Assembly (NCBI GenBank): GCA_963750935.1
Contig: CAVVSR010000002.1
Span: 14,029 to 78,028, forward strand
Direction of reading: 5' to 3'
From: an uncultured Acidobacteriota bacterium
GTDB taxonomy: Bacteria; Acidobacteriota; Vicinamibacteria; Vicinamibacterales; 2-12-FULL-66-21
DNA: 64,000 nt
The notes beneath the pieces are model-generated. The model ran no database searches. It had not been told where the DNA came from and saw nothing but the letters and a program-made list of their open reading frames with translations. Positions 53,905 to 64,000 of the stretch are shown here, piece after piece. The translations under genes were made by a program, and so were the position numbers. Each line of letters opens with the position of its first letter. The stretch's first letter is position 1.

Positions 53905-56900
53905 ATGCAGGTGAGGTGTGTGCGTGTCCTCGTGATGGCACTCGCGGCGCTGGTGATCGGTTTGTCACCCGCGGCGGCGCAGATCACGACGGGCAACGTC
54001 AGTGGAACGGTCCAGGATTCCCAGGGTGGAATCATTCCGGGGGCGACGGTCGTGTTGACCAGCGAGTCACGCGGCACCGCGCTCGCCCCTGCTACGACGA
54101 ATGAAGCCGGGGTGTACGTGTTCGCGAACGTCACGCCGGACATCTATACCGTCGAAGTCACGATGGACAGCTTCAAGACCGTCCGCCGCACCGGCGTGCG
54201 GGTGAGCGGCGCGGACCGCATCTCGGTCCAGGTCGTGACGCTCGAAGTCGGCGGCGCGACCGAGACGGTCAACGTCAGCGCCGAAGCGGCTGTCGTGCAG
54301 TCGTCCTCCGGTGAGCGCTCCTTTGCCGTCTCGACCGAGCAGATCGAGAACCTGCCGATCAACCACGGCAACTTCACAAGCCTCATCGCATTCGTGCCTG
54401 GCGTGAGGGGCGGTGCCAACCAGAACGGCGCGCGCATCGGCGGCGCGAGCCAGGACAACATCATGATGGACGGCATCTCGGCCATGGACACCGGCAACAA
54501 CGGCCAGATGCTCCAGATGAACATCGAGTCGATCGGCGAGGTCAAGGTCCTCACGCAGGGCTACCAGGCCGAGTACGGCCGGTCGAGCGGCCTCCAGATC
54601 ACCGCCGTCACCAAGAGCGGCACCAACCGGTTCCGCGGCTCCGGGTATTCGCTGCTGACCGATTCGGACTGGAACACCAACTCCTGGACCAACCAGAAGA
54701 ACAATGATCCGAAGCCGAACAGCGAGACCAAGACCTACGGCTACTCCGTCGGCGGCCCGATCGGCAAGCCTGGCGGCAACAACAAGCTGTTCTTCTTCTA
54801 CGCGCACGAGTATCGCCCGTCGACGGTGGCCATCAACAACGGCAACCCGATCCGCCTCCGCGTGCCGACCGAGGCCGAGCGGGCCGGCGACTTCTCGGCG
54901 ACGCTCGACAACAACGGCGCCCTGTTCAACCTGATCAAGGACTACACCACCGGCCTGCCCTGCGTCGCCGGCGATCAGCGCGGCTGCTTCGGCTTCGCCG
55001 AAGGTCAGGTCGGACGGATTCCGGCCAACCGGCTGTATGGGACCGGGATCAACCTGCTCAAGCGGTATCCGCTGCCGAACCGCGCGCAGACCGTCAACAC
55101 CAACTACAACTACGAGGTGCAGGCGCCGACCTACGACAACCTGCTGCAGCAGCCGGCGGTCCGCATGGACTACCAGCTCAACTCGAGTCTCCGCCTGACC
55201 GGCAAGTACTCGGGCGAGCGGCAGCGCGTCCTGGTGCGGCCGGGGCAGATTCAGGGCTTCTCGGACGTCAAGCAGCCGTACCCGTTCATCACCAACTACG
55301 CGTTCACGGTGAACTACACGCTGACGCCGACGACGTTCATCGAAGCCACCTACGGGATGATCCGCAATGAGCTCGCCGACGGCAACGAAGGCGGCGTGCT
55401 GATGAACGAGGCGGCCAACCGCCTCAACGGGCTGGCCGACTTCCCGCTGCTCTATCCGGAGGCGGGCTTCGTGAGCCCGGACTACTACGCGTTCGAAGTG
55501 CTGAACGACGTCGCGCCCCCGTTCTGGGACGGCTCGAAGATGAACCTGCCGCCGCAATTCGGCTGGGGCGGCCGCATCGGCGCGGCGCCGCCCAACCAGC
55601 GCTACCCGGGCTGGCTGAACATCAACCGCACGCAGGACATCGCCATCAGCTTGACCAAGGTCATGGGCCGGCACACCCTGAAGGGCGGGTTCTACAACAA
55701 CCACTCCTTCAAGGCGCAGAACACCGGCGTGACGTTCCAGGGCAATGTGAACTTCGGCAACGACACCAACAACCTGCTCGACACTGGCTTCGGCTACGCG
55801 AACGCGGCACTGGGCATCTTCACGCAGTACACCCAGGCGCGTGACTTCGTCGAAGGCAGCATGATCTACAACAACACCGAGTTCTACCTCCAGGACAACT
55901 GGAAGGCGAGCAACCGGTTGACCCTCGACTACGGCCTGCGGTTCACCCGCCAGCAGCCGCAGTACGACCAGTTCGGGCAGATGTCGAACTTCTTCCCGGA
56001 TCAGTGGTCGCGCGCCAACGCGCCGGTCCTCTACACCGCGGGCTTCCTCAACGGCGTCCGCAACGCGATGGATCCCCGCACCGGCCAGATCCTGACGGCC
56101 ACGGGCGCCGCCAACACGGCGGCGGCGATCGGCACGCCGATCCCCGGCACCGGCAATCCCATGAACGGGATCCGCCGCGCCGGTGACGGCATCGCCAAGA
56201 CCGGCCACACCTGGCCGTCGCTGGTCCTCGGGCCGCGCTTCGGCGTCGCCTATGACCTCACCGGCGACCAGACCACGGTGCTCCGCGGCGGCGGCGGTCT
56301 GTTCTACGACCGTCCGGACGGCAACACGGTGTTCGGCATCCCGAACAACCCGCCGATCACCACGTCGCAGGACCTCCGCAACGGTCAGCTCCAGACGCTC
56401 GGTCAGGGAGGCCTCAGCTTCCTGCCGGTGCCCGGCATGCAGATCGTCCAGTACGACGCCGACATCCCGTCGCAGTGGCAGTGGAATGTCGGCGTGCAGC
56501 GGACGCTGCCGTGGTCGATGGTGGCCGACATCTCTTACGTCGGCAACCACGGGTTCAACCGGTTCTCGGTCTTCCAGAACGGGACGCCGACCAACCTGAA
56601 CGCGGTCGACATCGGTGCCGCCTACCAGTCGCAGTACCAGGATCCGACGGTGAGCAGCACGGTGCCCGGCGCCGCCGCCTTCACGACCAACCTGCTTCGT
56701 CCGTTCCCGGGGCTCGGCAGCATCAACCAGCAGACCAGCGACTTCTCGGACACCTACCACTCGATCCAGACGTCGTTCACCCGCCGGTTCCGCAACGGCT
56801 TCTCGTTCGGTGCGAACTACACCTACGGGATCTCGTTCCAGGGCACGACCGGCCTGATCAAGCGCCTGCAGCACGCGGCGGACGGCACCATCTCGGAGCG

Positions 56901-57574
56901 TGCCGACCAGGCGCAGTACCGAGGACCTGATGTCGGACCTCGATCGCCGCCCGCACTACCTCAAGGCGAACGCGATCTGGGATCTGCCGAACGTCAACAG
57001 CCTCGGCCCGATCGTCGGCGCGCTGCTCAACGACTGGCAGCTCGCGGGCGTGTTGACGGCCGGTTCGGGTGCGACCTACGACCTGAACTACAGCTACAAC
57101 GCCAACGGCGGCAGCGTGAACCTGACCGGCTCGCCGGACTACGGCGCCCGCATCGTCTACACCGGCGATCCGGGGAAGGGCTGCGCGGGCAATCAGTTCG
57201 TGCAGTTCAACACCGCGTCGGTGACGGGTCCCGGCTACAACAGCGTCGGCCTCGAATCGGGCCGCAACGTGATGCGGGGATGCCCGGACAAGACGGTGGA
57301 CCTGTCGATCTCGCGCGACATCCGCGTGGGCGGCAACCGCCGGCTCGAGCTGCGGGTGGACGCGTTCAACGCGTTCAACACCGTGGTCATCAACAACCGG
57401 CAGAACCAGATCCAGTTCAACAGCCCGACCGACCTCACCATCCGCAATTCGCAGTTCCTCGCGAACGGGCAGATGGATCCGGCACGGCAGACGCCGCGCA
57501 CGGCAGGGTTCGGCGCCGCAACTGGTGCGCAGGCGATGCGCAGCGTCCAGTTCTACGCCCGGTTCGCGTTCTAA
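53905..57574 (+). pseudogene. TonB-dependent receptor with N-terminal carboxypeptidase-regulatory-like domain; frame broken near 56919-56921
   Basis: ATG 53905 is preceded by GAGAGGAGG. Signal peptide MQVRCVRVLVMALAALVIGLSPAAAQ. The CarboxypepD_reg domain carries GNVSGTVQDSQGGIIPGATVVLT...GVYVFANVTPDIYTV, and a plug domain follows. The barrel runs in ORF 53677..57582 up to ERADQAQY. It then continues in ORF 56900..57574 (EDLMSDLDRRPHYLKANAIWDLP...) and ends with the aromatic FYARFAF. Confidence 0.8.
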
Positions 57575-57585
57575 CCGACTGACGT

Positions 57586-57612
57586 GCGGGGGCGGGATCG
57601 TCCCGCCCCTGC
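57586..57612 (+). terminator. GC-rich hairpin after the receptor gene (no U-tract)
   Basis: GCGGGGGCGGGA-tcg-TCCCGCCCCTGC, 12 nt after the stop at 57572-57574. Confidence 0.4.
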
Positions 57613-57634
57613 ACGGTAACTTCGTGTCATGCGC

Positions 57635-57670
57635 AAAGGGCGTCTACCCGGGTAGACGCCCTTTGTGTTG
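57635..57670 (+). terminator. rho-independent terminator
   Basis: AAAGGGCGTCTAC-ccgg-GTAGACGCCCTTT forms a 13-bp stem, followed by GTGTTG. Confidence 0.6.
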
Positions 57671-57751
57671 TCCGCGCCACTGCGCCAGGCTGTATCATCC
57701 CGCCGACCTTCGTCGTATGGGCGCAGAGAGCGGTCCCGCATCGAGGTGGTG

Positions 57752-59347
57752 ATGAGAGCCTTCGTTCGACACGCAACCGCGGCCGTCCTGTTCGCCGCCG
57801 GCCTGACTTCGTCTGCCGTCTACTCCCACGCGCACCAACAGCAGCGCCCACGCCGACACCTCAGCCGCCTGCCGCGACGACCCCGGAGCCAGGAAGGGCC
57901 GGCGGTGGACGCGGGCGCGGCAACCCGACCGCCCAGCTCTACCTGGAGCGCTGTGCCGGCTGCCATGGAACCAGTACGGTCGTCGGCAGGCACCAGTCGC
58001 TCTTCGACGACACCTGGACGCGCGTCAAGACCGACGACGACATGGTCAGCGTGATCGCGAACGGCATCCCGCAGACCGAAATGGTTCCCCAGAAGGACCT
58101 GCTCACCGAGCAGCAGATCTGGCAGCTCGTCACCTACATCCGCCTGCAGGCCGGCAGCCTCAAGCCGAAGCCGTTCGTGGCCGATCCCGATGGTCAGATC
58201 GTCAAGTCCGAGAAGCAGACGCTCCGCATCGAGGTCGTCGCCCGGGACATCGAAACGCCGTGGGGGCTGGCGTTCCTGCCCGACGGCCGCCTGCTGATCA
58301 CCGAGCGGCCGGGCCGGCTCCGCATCCTCGAGAAGGGCAAGCTGCTGCCGCCGGTGAGCGGCACGCCCAAAGTGTGGGAGCGGCAGGACGGCGGCCTGTT
58401 CGACGTCGAGGTGCATCCGCAGTACGCGAAGAACGGCTGGATCTACCTGGCCTACTCCGAGACCGTTCCGAACTACGTGCCGCCGGCCGACAAGCCGGAT
58501 GCCGCGCCGCCCGCGAACCCCGGCGGACGCGGTGGCAACCAGCCGCCCAGCATTCCGTCGATGACGGTGGTCGTGCGCGGCAAGATCAACGCGACGAAAC
58601 GAGTGGGTCGAGCAGCAGGTCCTCTTCCGCGCCGCCCCGGAGCTCTACACCACCAACAACTCGCACTACGGATCGCGGTTCATCTTCGATCGTCAGGGGC
58701 ATCTCTTCTACACCATCGGCGAGCGCGGCGTCCCGGCGAACGCGCAGGACCTGACGAACCCGCTCGGCAAGATCCACCGCGTCAATGACGACGGCTCGGT
58801 GCCGAAGGACAATCCGTTCGTCGGCAAGGCGGGCGCGGTGCCGACGATCTGGAGCTACGGCCATCGCAATCCGCAGGGGCTCGCCTGGGATCCGGTGAGC
58901 GGCAAGCTGTGGGCGTCGGAACACGGTCCGCAGGGCGGCGACGAGGTCAACATCATCGAGCCGGGGAAGAACTACGGATGGGGCGTGATCACGCACGGCA
59001 TCGAGCCCGGCATCACCAAGCGCGCCGAACCGGGGATGGAGCAGCCGATCGTCTACTACACGCCGACGGTCGCCCCGAGCGGGATGCTGTTCTACACCGG
59101 GACGCAGTACCCGGCGTGGAAGAACAACCTCTTGATGGGGACGATGGCAGGGCAGCACCTGCGCCGGCTGGAGATCGCCGGCGACAAGGTGACGCACCAG
59201 GAGGCCGTGTTCACCGAGTACGGCCGCGTCCGCGACGTCGTCATGGGACCTGAGGGCTATCTCTACGTCATTCTGCAGAGGCCCGGGCAGCCGGTGTCGC
59301 AATCGACCGAGGGCCTGGTCGCCCGCCTGGTGCCGGTGCAGAAGTAG
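57752..59347 (+). pseudogene. PQQ-dependent sugar (glucose/sorbosone) dehydrogenase with N-terminal cytochrome c domain; two compensating frame breaks (near 57826-57845 and 58597-58601)
   Basis: The signal peptide MRAFVRHATAAVLFAAGLTSSAVYS is in the frame of ORF 57665... The haem domain (LYLERCAGCHG...IPQTEMVP) and the first propeller blades are one frame back (ORF 58042..58788). The rest (EWVEQQVLFRA...HYGSRFIFD...WSYGHRNPQGLAWDP...EHGPQGGDEVN...) is in the frame of ORF 58799..59347. Confidence 0.7.
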
Positions 59348-59354
59348 GAGACGC

Positions 59355-60647
59355 ATGGACAGGCGTGAGTTCCTGGGCACGGCAATCGGCGCGGTGGCGG
59401 TCAGCCGGTCGTGGGCGGTGAGCGGCGCGCCGGCGCAGGGCGGGGTGCAGGGCGCGAACGATCGCATCCGCGTGGCGTTGATCGGCGCGGGCAGCCGCGG
59501 CAACGGCGTGATGAACTCGTGGCTGAAGCATGCCGACAGCACGTTCGTGGCGGTCTGTGACGTCGCGCGCGATCGCCTGGACAACACCGCGTCGAAGCTC
59601 GCGGCGTCGAGCGGGCAGAAGGTCGACGCCTACGAGGACTACCGGCGGATTCTCGAGCGCAAGGATATCGACGCGGTGCTGATCGCGACGCCGGATCACT
59701 GGCACAGCCCGATGACCGTCGAGGCCTGCGCCGCCGGCAAGGACGTCTACTGCGAAAAGCCGGTGTCGAACGGGATCGAGCCGGCGCTGAAGATGGTCGA
59801 CGCCGCCCGCCAGCACAATCGCGTCGTCCAGATCGGGTTGCAGCAGCGGTCGTGGCCGCACTTCGTCGAGGCGGCGAAGCTGATTCAGGACGGCGGGGTC
59901 GGCGCGTCGAACCATGTGGTGATGACGCCGCCGCCGGGCGGCAGTGGCGGCGGGCAGAAGCCGCTGACGCCAACCGACCCGCCGCCGACGCTGAACTGGG
60001 AGATGTTCCAGGGGCCGGCGGCGAGGAAGCCGTTCGTGGAGCAGCGCCTCAACTGGCGCGGGTGGTTCGACTACGGCGGCGGCGAGATCACCGACTGGGG
60101 CGTGCACATCGTCGACGTCATGCACTGGTTCCTGAAGATGGACGAGCAGACGCCGCAGCTGGTGCAGGCCTCGGCGCAGTACGTGCGGGCGCCGGTGAAT
60201 CCCGAGCGGGTGCCCGACACCTACGTGGTCACGATGCGGTACGACAAGGTCGTGGCGACCCTGTCGAACGCGGCGCTGATCGGCCCCGACGACGAGCCGT
60301 GGTGGGGCAACTACTTCTTCGGCGACAAGGCGATCATGCTGATCAACCGCGAGGGCTACGAGGTGAGGCCGCGGCGGTCGGGCAGCGGCGCGGCGCGCCA
60401 GCCGCTGACGACGGCGGCGAAGGTCGGATTCTCCGGACCGATCGACGCCAATCCGATGAAGGTCGATCCGACGTCGGCGCACGTGCGCGACTTCCTCGAC
60501 TGCATGCGCTCGCGCAAGCGCCCCTCCGCCGATATCGCGATCGGGTTCAATTCGACGCTGCCGACCCTGCTGGCGATCGAGTCGGTGAAGGCCGGCGGCA
60601 AGGCGTTCACGTGGGATCGCGCAGCCAGGCGGGCCCGCGAAGTCTGA
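59355..60647 (+). CDS. Gfo/Idh/MocA-family oxidoreductase with twin-arginine signal
   Basis: TAT motif MDRREFLGTAIGAVAV. Rossmann segment IRVALIGAGSRG. Family motif DVYCEKP. Intact 430 aa. Confidence 0.8.
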   Translation: MDRREFLGTAIGAVAVSRSWAVSGAPAQGGVQGANDRIRVALIGAGSRGNGVMNSWLKHADSTFVAVCDVARDRLDNTASKLAASSGQKVDAYEDYRRILERKDIDAVLIATPDHWHSPMTVEACAAGKDVYCEKPVSNGIEPALKMVDAARQHNRVVQIGLQQRSWPHFVEAAKLIQDGGVGASNHVVMTPPPGGSGGGQKPLTPTDPPPTLNWEMFQGPAARKPFVEQRLNWRGWFDYGGGEITDWGVHIVDVMHWFLKMDEQTPQLVQASAQYVRAPVNPERVPDTYVVTMRYDKVVATLSNAALIGPDDEPWWGNYFFGDKAIMLINREGYEVRPRRSGSGAARQPLTTAAKVGFSGPIDANPMKVDPTSAHVRDFLDCMRSRKRPSADIAIGFNSTLPTLLAIESVKAGGKAFTWDRAARRAREV

Positions 60648-60692
60648 TCGGTTCTGTTTGACAGTCATGGTGAGCCACTCCAAGGAGGAGTC

Positions 60693-62252
60693 ATGAGATG
60701 GAACGAGTCAAGGGCACCGCTGGCGGCTGCGGCCTGCGCGGCGGTGGCCTTGTGCGCCGGCGCAATCGTCCCGGCGCAGCAGCCGCCGGCGGGCCAGGCG
60801 CCGCCGGGACAGGGACGCGGCGGGGGCGGCGGAGGCGGGCCGGTGGCGGCGAGGCTGTTCCTCGCGGTTGACGGCGACAAGGATGCCGCGGTCACGCGGG
60901 CCGAGATGAAGACGGCATTCGGGCGCTGGTTCACGGAGTGGGACACGGCCAAGGCCGGTTCGCTGTCGCAGGACGAGATCACCGCGGGATTGAACGCGGC
61001 GCTGCCGCAGGCCCCGGCGGCGGCGCCGGCCGGCCCGCCGCAAGCTGCCGAGTGCGGCGGCCGCAGCTCGAACCCGCAGACCGCCTGTCCCCAGGACGTG
61101 CAGGCGATGATCGCGGCGCTCCCGGCAACGGCGCCGGCCAAGCCGCGGCAGCCGCGCAAGGTGCTGGTGCTCGCGAAGTCCGCCGGCTTCGTGCACTCCT
61201 CGATTCCGCTCGCGGCGCGCACCATCGAGGAACTGGGCAAGAAGACCGGCGCGTGGACGGCGACGACGAGCTGGAACCCGGCCGACGTCAACGAACAGAA
61301 CCTGAAGCAGTACGACGCGATCTTCCTGGCGAGCACGACCGGGGAATTCCTCGACGACCCGAGCGACGCGGCGGCGACTGCCGCGCGGAAGAAGGCGTTG
61401 CTCGATTTCGTCAGGGGAGGGAAGGGACTGGCCGGCATTCATGCGTCGAGTGATTCGTATCATCGCAGCGGTCCCGCGCCAGCGGCGGCGGCTCCACCGG
61501 CGGCGGCCACCGCGCCGAATCCGCAGGGCCGGGCCGGCGGCGGCCGCGGACCTGGCGGCGGCCGCGGCGGCGGTCAGGTCGGCACGCTCGCGGCGCTGTT
61601 CGTGTCGCAGGGGGACAAGAACAGCGATCAGCGCGTGAGCCTTGCCGAGTTCACCGCGCTCTCGGATGTGTGGTTCGACCGGATCACGCCGGACAAGGCG
61701 CAGAGCGTCAGCCAGGCGGACTTCGCCAAGCGCTTCGCCGTCGTGATGCCGCCGCCCGGGCCGACCGTGCAGGGTCGCGCGACGCGCCTCGAGCCGGACA
61801 CCGAGGTCGGCACCTGGCCGGAGTGGAACAACATGATCGGCGGCTTCTTCAAGTTCCACTGGAACGACGGCCAGCAGATCACCTACAAGATCGACGAGCC
61901 GAACCACCCGCTGAACGCGCCGTTCAAGAAGGTCAAGCTGCCGTTCGTGATCGCCGACGAGACCTACACCTTCGGCCGCGAGACGTATTCACGCAAGAAC
62001 CTCCGCATCCTCACCAGCATCGACTACAACGCGATGAGCGCGGAGGACAAGGCCAAGGAATCGAATCCACGGGCCGACGGCGACTACGGACTGAGCTGGA
62101 TCAAGCGTGACGGCAAGGGCCGTGTCTTCTACATGGCGCACGGGCACAACGAGAAGATCTATGCGATCACGCCGCTGCTCGAGCACCTGTTGTATGGGAT
62201 GCAGTACACGCTCGGCGACCTGCCGGCCGACGACAGCCCGAGCGTGAAGTAG
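60693..62252 (+). CDS. ThuA-domain protein carrying EF-hand-like Ca-binding loops (one N-terminal, one inserted in the ThuA fold)
   Basis: AAGGAGGA RBS and a signal peptide. EF loops: DGDKDAAVTRAE and DKNSDQRVSLAE. ThuA segments: KVLVLAKSAGFVHSSIP, LAGIHASSDSY and, after a ~120-aa insert, FKFHWNDG...VFYMAHGHN. Confidence 0.7.
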   Translation: MRWNESRAPLAAAACAAVALCAGAIVPAQQPPAGQAPPGQGRGGGGGGGPVAARLFLAVDGDKDAAVTRAEMKTAFGRWFTEWDTAKAGSLSQDEITAGLNAALPQAPAAAPAGPPQAAECGGRSSNPQTACPQDVQAMIAALPATAPAKPRQPRKVLVLAKSAGFVHSSIPLAARTIEELGKKTGAWTATTSWNPADVNEQNLKQYDAIFLASTTGEFLDDPSDAAATAARKKALLDFVRGGKGLAGIHASSDSYHRSGPAPAAAAPPAAATAPNPQGRAGGGRGPGGGRGGGQVGTLAALFVSQGDKNSDQRVSLAEFTALSDVWFDRITPDKAQSVSQADFAKRFAVVMPPPGPTVQGRATRLEPDTEVGTWPEWNNMIGGFFKFHWNDGQQITYKIDEPNHPLNAPFKKVKLPFVIADETYTFGRETYSRKNLRILTSIDYNAMSAEDKAKESNPRADGDYGLSWIKRDGKGRVFYMAHGHNEKIYAITPLLEHLLYGMQYTLGDLPADDSPSVK

Positions 62253-62289
62253 CGGCCCGCCGCCTCGCGCGGCGTTCCGCACCCATCGC

Positions 62290-63093
62290 GTGCAGCCCAT
62301 TCTCGAACTGAGCGACGCGACGGTCGTCAAAGGCGACCGTCGCGTGCTCGACGGCCTGAACCTGACCATCCGTGCCGGCGAGCACACCGTCATCCTCGGC
62401 CCGAACGGCGCCGGCAAGTCGGTGCTGGTCGGCCTGCTCACCCACAGCGAACGTCCGCTGGCGCGGACCGACGGTACTCCGCCGGTCCGCGTCTTCGGCG
62501 AGGACAGCTGGAACATCTTCGATCTCCGCTCGCAGCTCGGCGTCGTCTCGGCGGCGCTGCACCAGCACTTCGTGAGCGGCAACAGCGAGGGGAGGATCAC
62601 CGGCGAGGCGGCGGTGCTCTCGACGTTCCTCAACTCCTACGGCATCCTGCGCTACGGCGCCGTCACCGACGCGATGCGCGAGCGGACCGCGCTGGCGCTG
62701 CAGACGGTCGGCGCGTCGCACCTGGCGCGGCGGCGGCTCGATCGGATGTCGAGCGGCGAAGCGCGGCGCGTCATGCTGGCGCGCGTGCTCGCCACCTCCC
62801 CGCGGGCGCTCGTGCTCGACGAGCCGACGACTGGACTCGATCTGGTGGCCCGGCACGGCTTCCTGGAGCGGGTCCGCGCGATCGCGCGCGCGGGCACGAC
62901 GCTGATCCTGATCACGCATCACATCGAGGAGATCGTGCCGGAGATCGAGCGGGTCATCCTGCTGCGGGACGGCCGCGTCGCCGCCGACGGGCCCAAGGCA
63001 GAGGTCCTGACCGCGGAGCGCCTCACCGCGCTGTTCGGGTTCCCGCTCACGCTCGAGCAGCGGGACGGATACCATTACGCGTGGCCGGCATGA
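62290..63093 (+). CDS. ABC-type ATP-binding protein (single NBD, ModF-like), no adjacent permease
   Basis: GTG start. Walker A GPNGAGKS, signature MSSGEARRV, Walker B LVLDEPTTGLD, H-loop ITHH. Confidence 0.8.
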   Translation: MQPILELSDATVVKGDRRVLDGLNLTIRAGEHTVILGPNGAGKSVLVGLLTHSERPLARTDGTPPVRVFGEDSWNIFDLRSQLGVVSAALHQHFVSGNSEGRITGEAAVLSTFLNSYGILRYGAVTDAMRERTALALQTVGASHLARRRLDRMSSGEARRVMLARVLATSPRALVLDEPTTGLDLVARHGFLERVRAIARAGTTLILITHHIEEIVPEIERVILLRDGRVAADGPKAEVLTAERLTALFGFPLTLEQRDGYHYAWPA

Positions 63094-63137
63094 CCGCGAG
63101 GGTCGCCCGGCAGCATTCTTCTTTCGAGGAGCCAGAC

Positions 63138-63623
63138 ATGAGAAGCCATCCGGTTCGACTGGGACTGTTCATCGCGGCGATTGCCTGTGCCGCCGCGTTC
63201 GCGCAGGCGCCGCCCAACTTCGCAGGCAAGTGGACGCTCGTGCCCGACGCGGCCGCCGGCGGCGGTCGCGGCGGCTTCGGCGGCCTCGGTCAGTCCGCCA
63301 CGATCGTGCAGGACGCCACCACCCTGACGATCACCCGGACCACCCAGGCCGGCGAGTTCACCAGCACCTACAAACTGGATGGCACCGAGAGCAAGAACAC
63401 GATGACCATCCAGGGGAACGCGGTGGAGCAGCTGTCGAAGGCCAAGTGGGACGGCGCCAAGCTGCTCATCAGCACGTCGATGAGCTTCAACGGGACCCCG
63501 GTCGAGACCAGCATGACGATGGCGCTCGACCCGTCGGGCAGCCTGATCGTCGAGTCGACACGGCCCGACTTCCAGGGCGGCGGCGCGCCGGTCACGACCA
63601 AGACGAGTTACAAGAAGGGCTAA
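63138..63623 (+). CDS. small secreted hypothetical protein (beta-rich, lipocalin-like by eye)
   Basis: Start at MRSHPVRLGLFIAAIACAAAFAQ (signal peptide). The mature part has alternating beta-strand-like patterning. I recognised no family. Confidence 0.5.
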   Translation: MRSHPVRLGLFIAAIACAAAFAQAPPNFAGKWTLVPDAAAGGGRGGFGGLGQSATIVQDATTLTITRTTQAGEFTSTYKLDGTESKNTMTIQGNAVEQLSKAKWDGAKLLISTSMSFNGTPVETSMTMALDPSGSLIVESTRPDFQGGGAPVTTKTSYKKG

Positions 63624-63698
63624 ACGGGAAGCGGGAAGCGGGAAGCGGGAAGCGGGAGCGGGAAGGGCGGGAAACGGGAGCGGGAAGCGGGAAGCGGG
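63624..63698 (+). repeat. tandem heptamer array GCGGGAA-like, about 11 units (12 G3 tracts)
   Basis: acgggaa gcgggaa gcgggaa gcgggaa gcggga gcgggaa gggc gggaaac ggga gcgggaa gcgggaa gcggg. It fills the gap between two convergent stops (63623 and 63712). Confidence 0.9.
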
Positions 63699-63711
63699 TA
63701 ACTGACGGCTT

Positions 63712-64000
63712 TCAGCGCGGCAGCTCCGATACCAGCACTTCTCGCGTGCTGCGCTGAATCGAATACAGCAGCCGCGTATCGCGGTCGAGTGCGATGCCCT
63801 GGCCTTCGCTCTCGACCGCCATTATTTCGCGCAGGACGAGTGTCGGGCCCGACGCCGGCACGTCGATCACGTACAGCTCCGGCGCGTGGTGTCCGGTGGT
63901 GTGGAGTCGGTTCGAACGGGCCCAGGTGCCTCCCGAGCTGCTCATGCCGTCCCAGCGCTGGACCACGTCCTGCGGGAACAGCCAGGTCTGCTTCGGACGC
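63712..64000 (-). CDS. hypothetical protein, 3' part only (5' end beyond window); possibly beta-propeller-like
   Basis: ORF 63712..63966(-) stays open upstream to the window edge (…TWLFPQDVVQRWDG…). It has coding-like composition. I could not assign a family. Confidence 0.4.
   Translation of the reverse strand, partial: RPKQTWLFPQDVVQRWDGMSSSGGTWARSNRLHTTGHHAPELYVIDVPASGPTLVLREIMAVESEGQGIALDRDTRLLYSIQRSTREVLVSELPR

Overview
High-GC chromosomal segment with about 50 protein-coding genes on both strands. I recognised no rRNA, tRNA, CRISPR array, transposase or integrase. The gene content suggests an Acidobacteriota-like soil bacterium (inference only): an acidobacterial-type VWFA protein, a CarboxypepD_reg-type TonB-dependent receptor, a Ser/Thr kinase-TolB propeller fusion and several PQQ quinoproteins. 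Blocks from left to right: (1) benzoyl-CoA epoxide genes boxC-boxB with an aldehyde dehydrogenase and a kynureninase-like enzyme (1-5147). (2) A quinoprotein-cytochrome fusion and DsbD (5123-8501). (3) An AAA+ ATPase / TPR-membrane gene pair (9751-12261). (4) TonB-like, NPP, DUF4159 and VWA genes. (5) A hybrid histidine kinase operon divergent from a Ser/Thr kinase (16647-23337). (6) A hydroquinone-type ring-cleavage module (27688-30334). (7) L-rhamnose genes rhaA-rhaM-MFS plus two TIM-barrel isomerases (30460-35157). (8) A PQQ alcohol dehydrogenase with a three-haem cytochrome c (35158-38013). (9) A translationally coupled protocatechuate/beta-ketoadipate cluster joined to a CoA-dependent side-chain module, with an IclR regulator (38122-52269). 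(10) Aldose epimerase, TonB-dependent receptor, cytochrome-c/PQQ sugar dehydrogenase, Gfo/Idh/MocA, ThuA with EF-hands and an orphan ABC ATPase (52300-63623). I found no convincing new multi-gene system: no defence, secretion or mobile module. Three things are not explained by the gene list. First, at least seven intergenic tandem arrays have a strict 7-nt period but unrelated unit sequences; some form long SD-sequestering hairpins or runs of G3 tracts, and there is also a 280-nt imperfect palindrome. Second, there are 15 reading-frame breaks in otherwise well-conserved genes, 14 of them equivalent to one inserted base; this looks like consensus error rather than biology. Third, two promoters of the pca cluster share a conserved operator-plus-minus-35 module.
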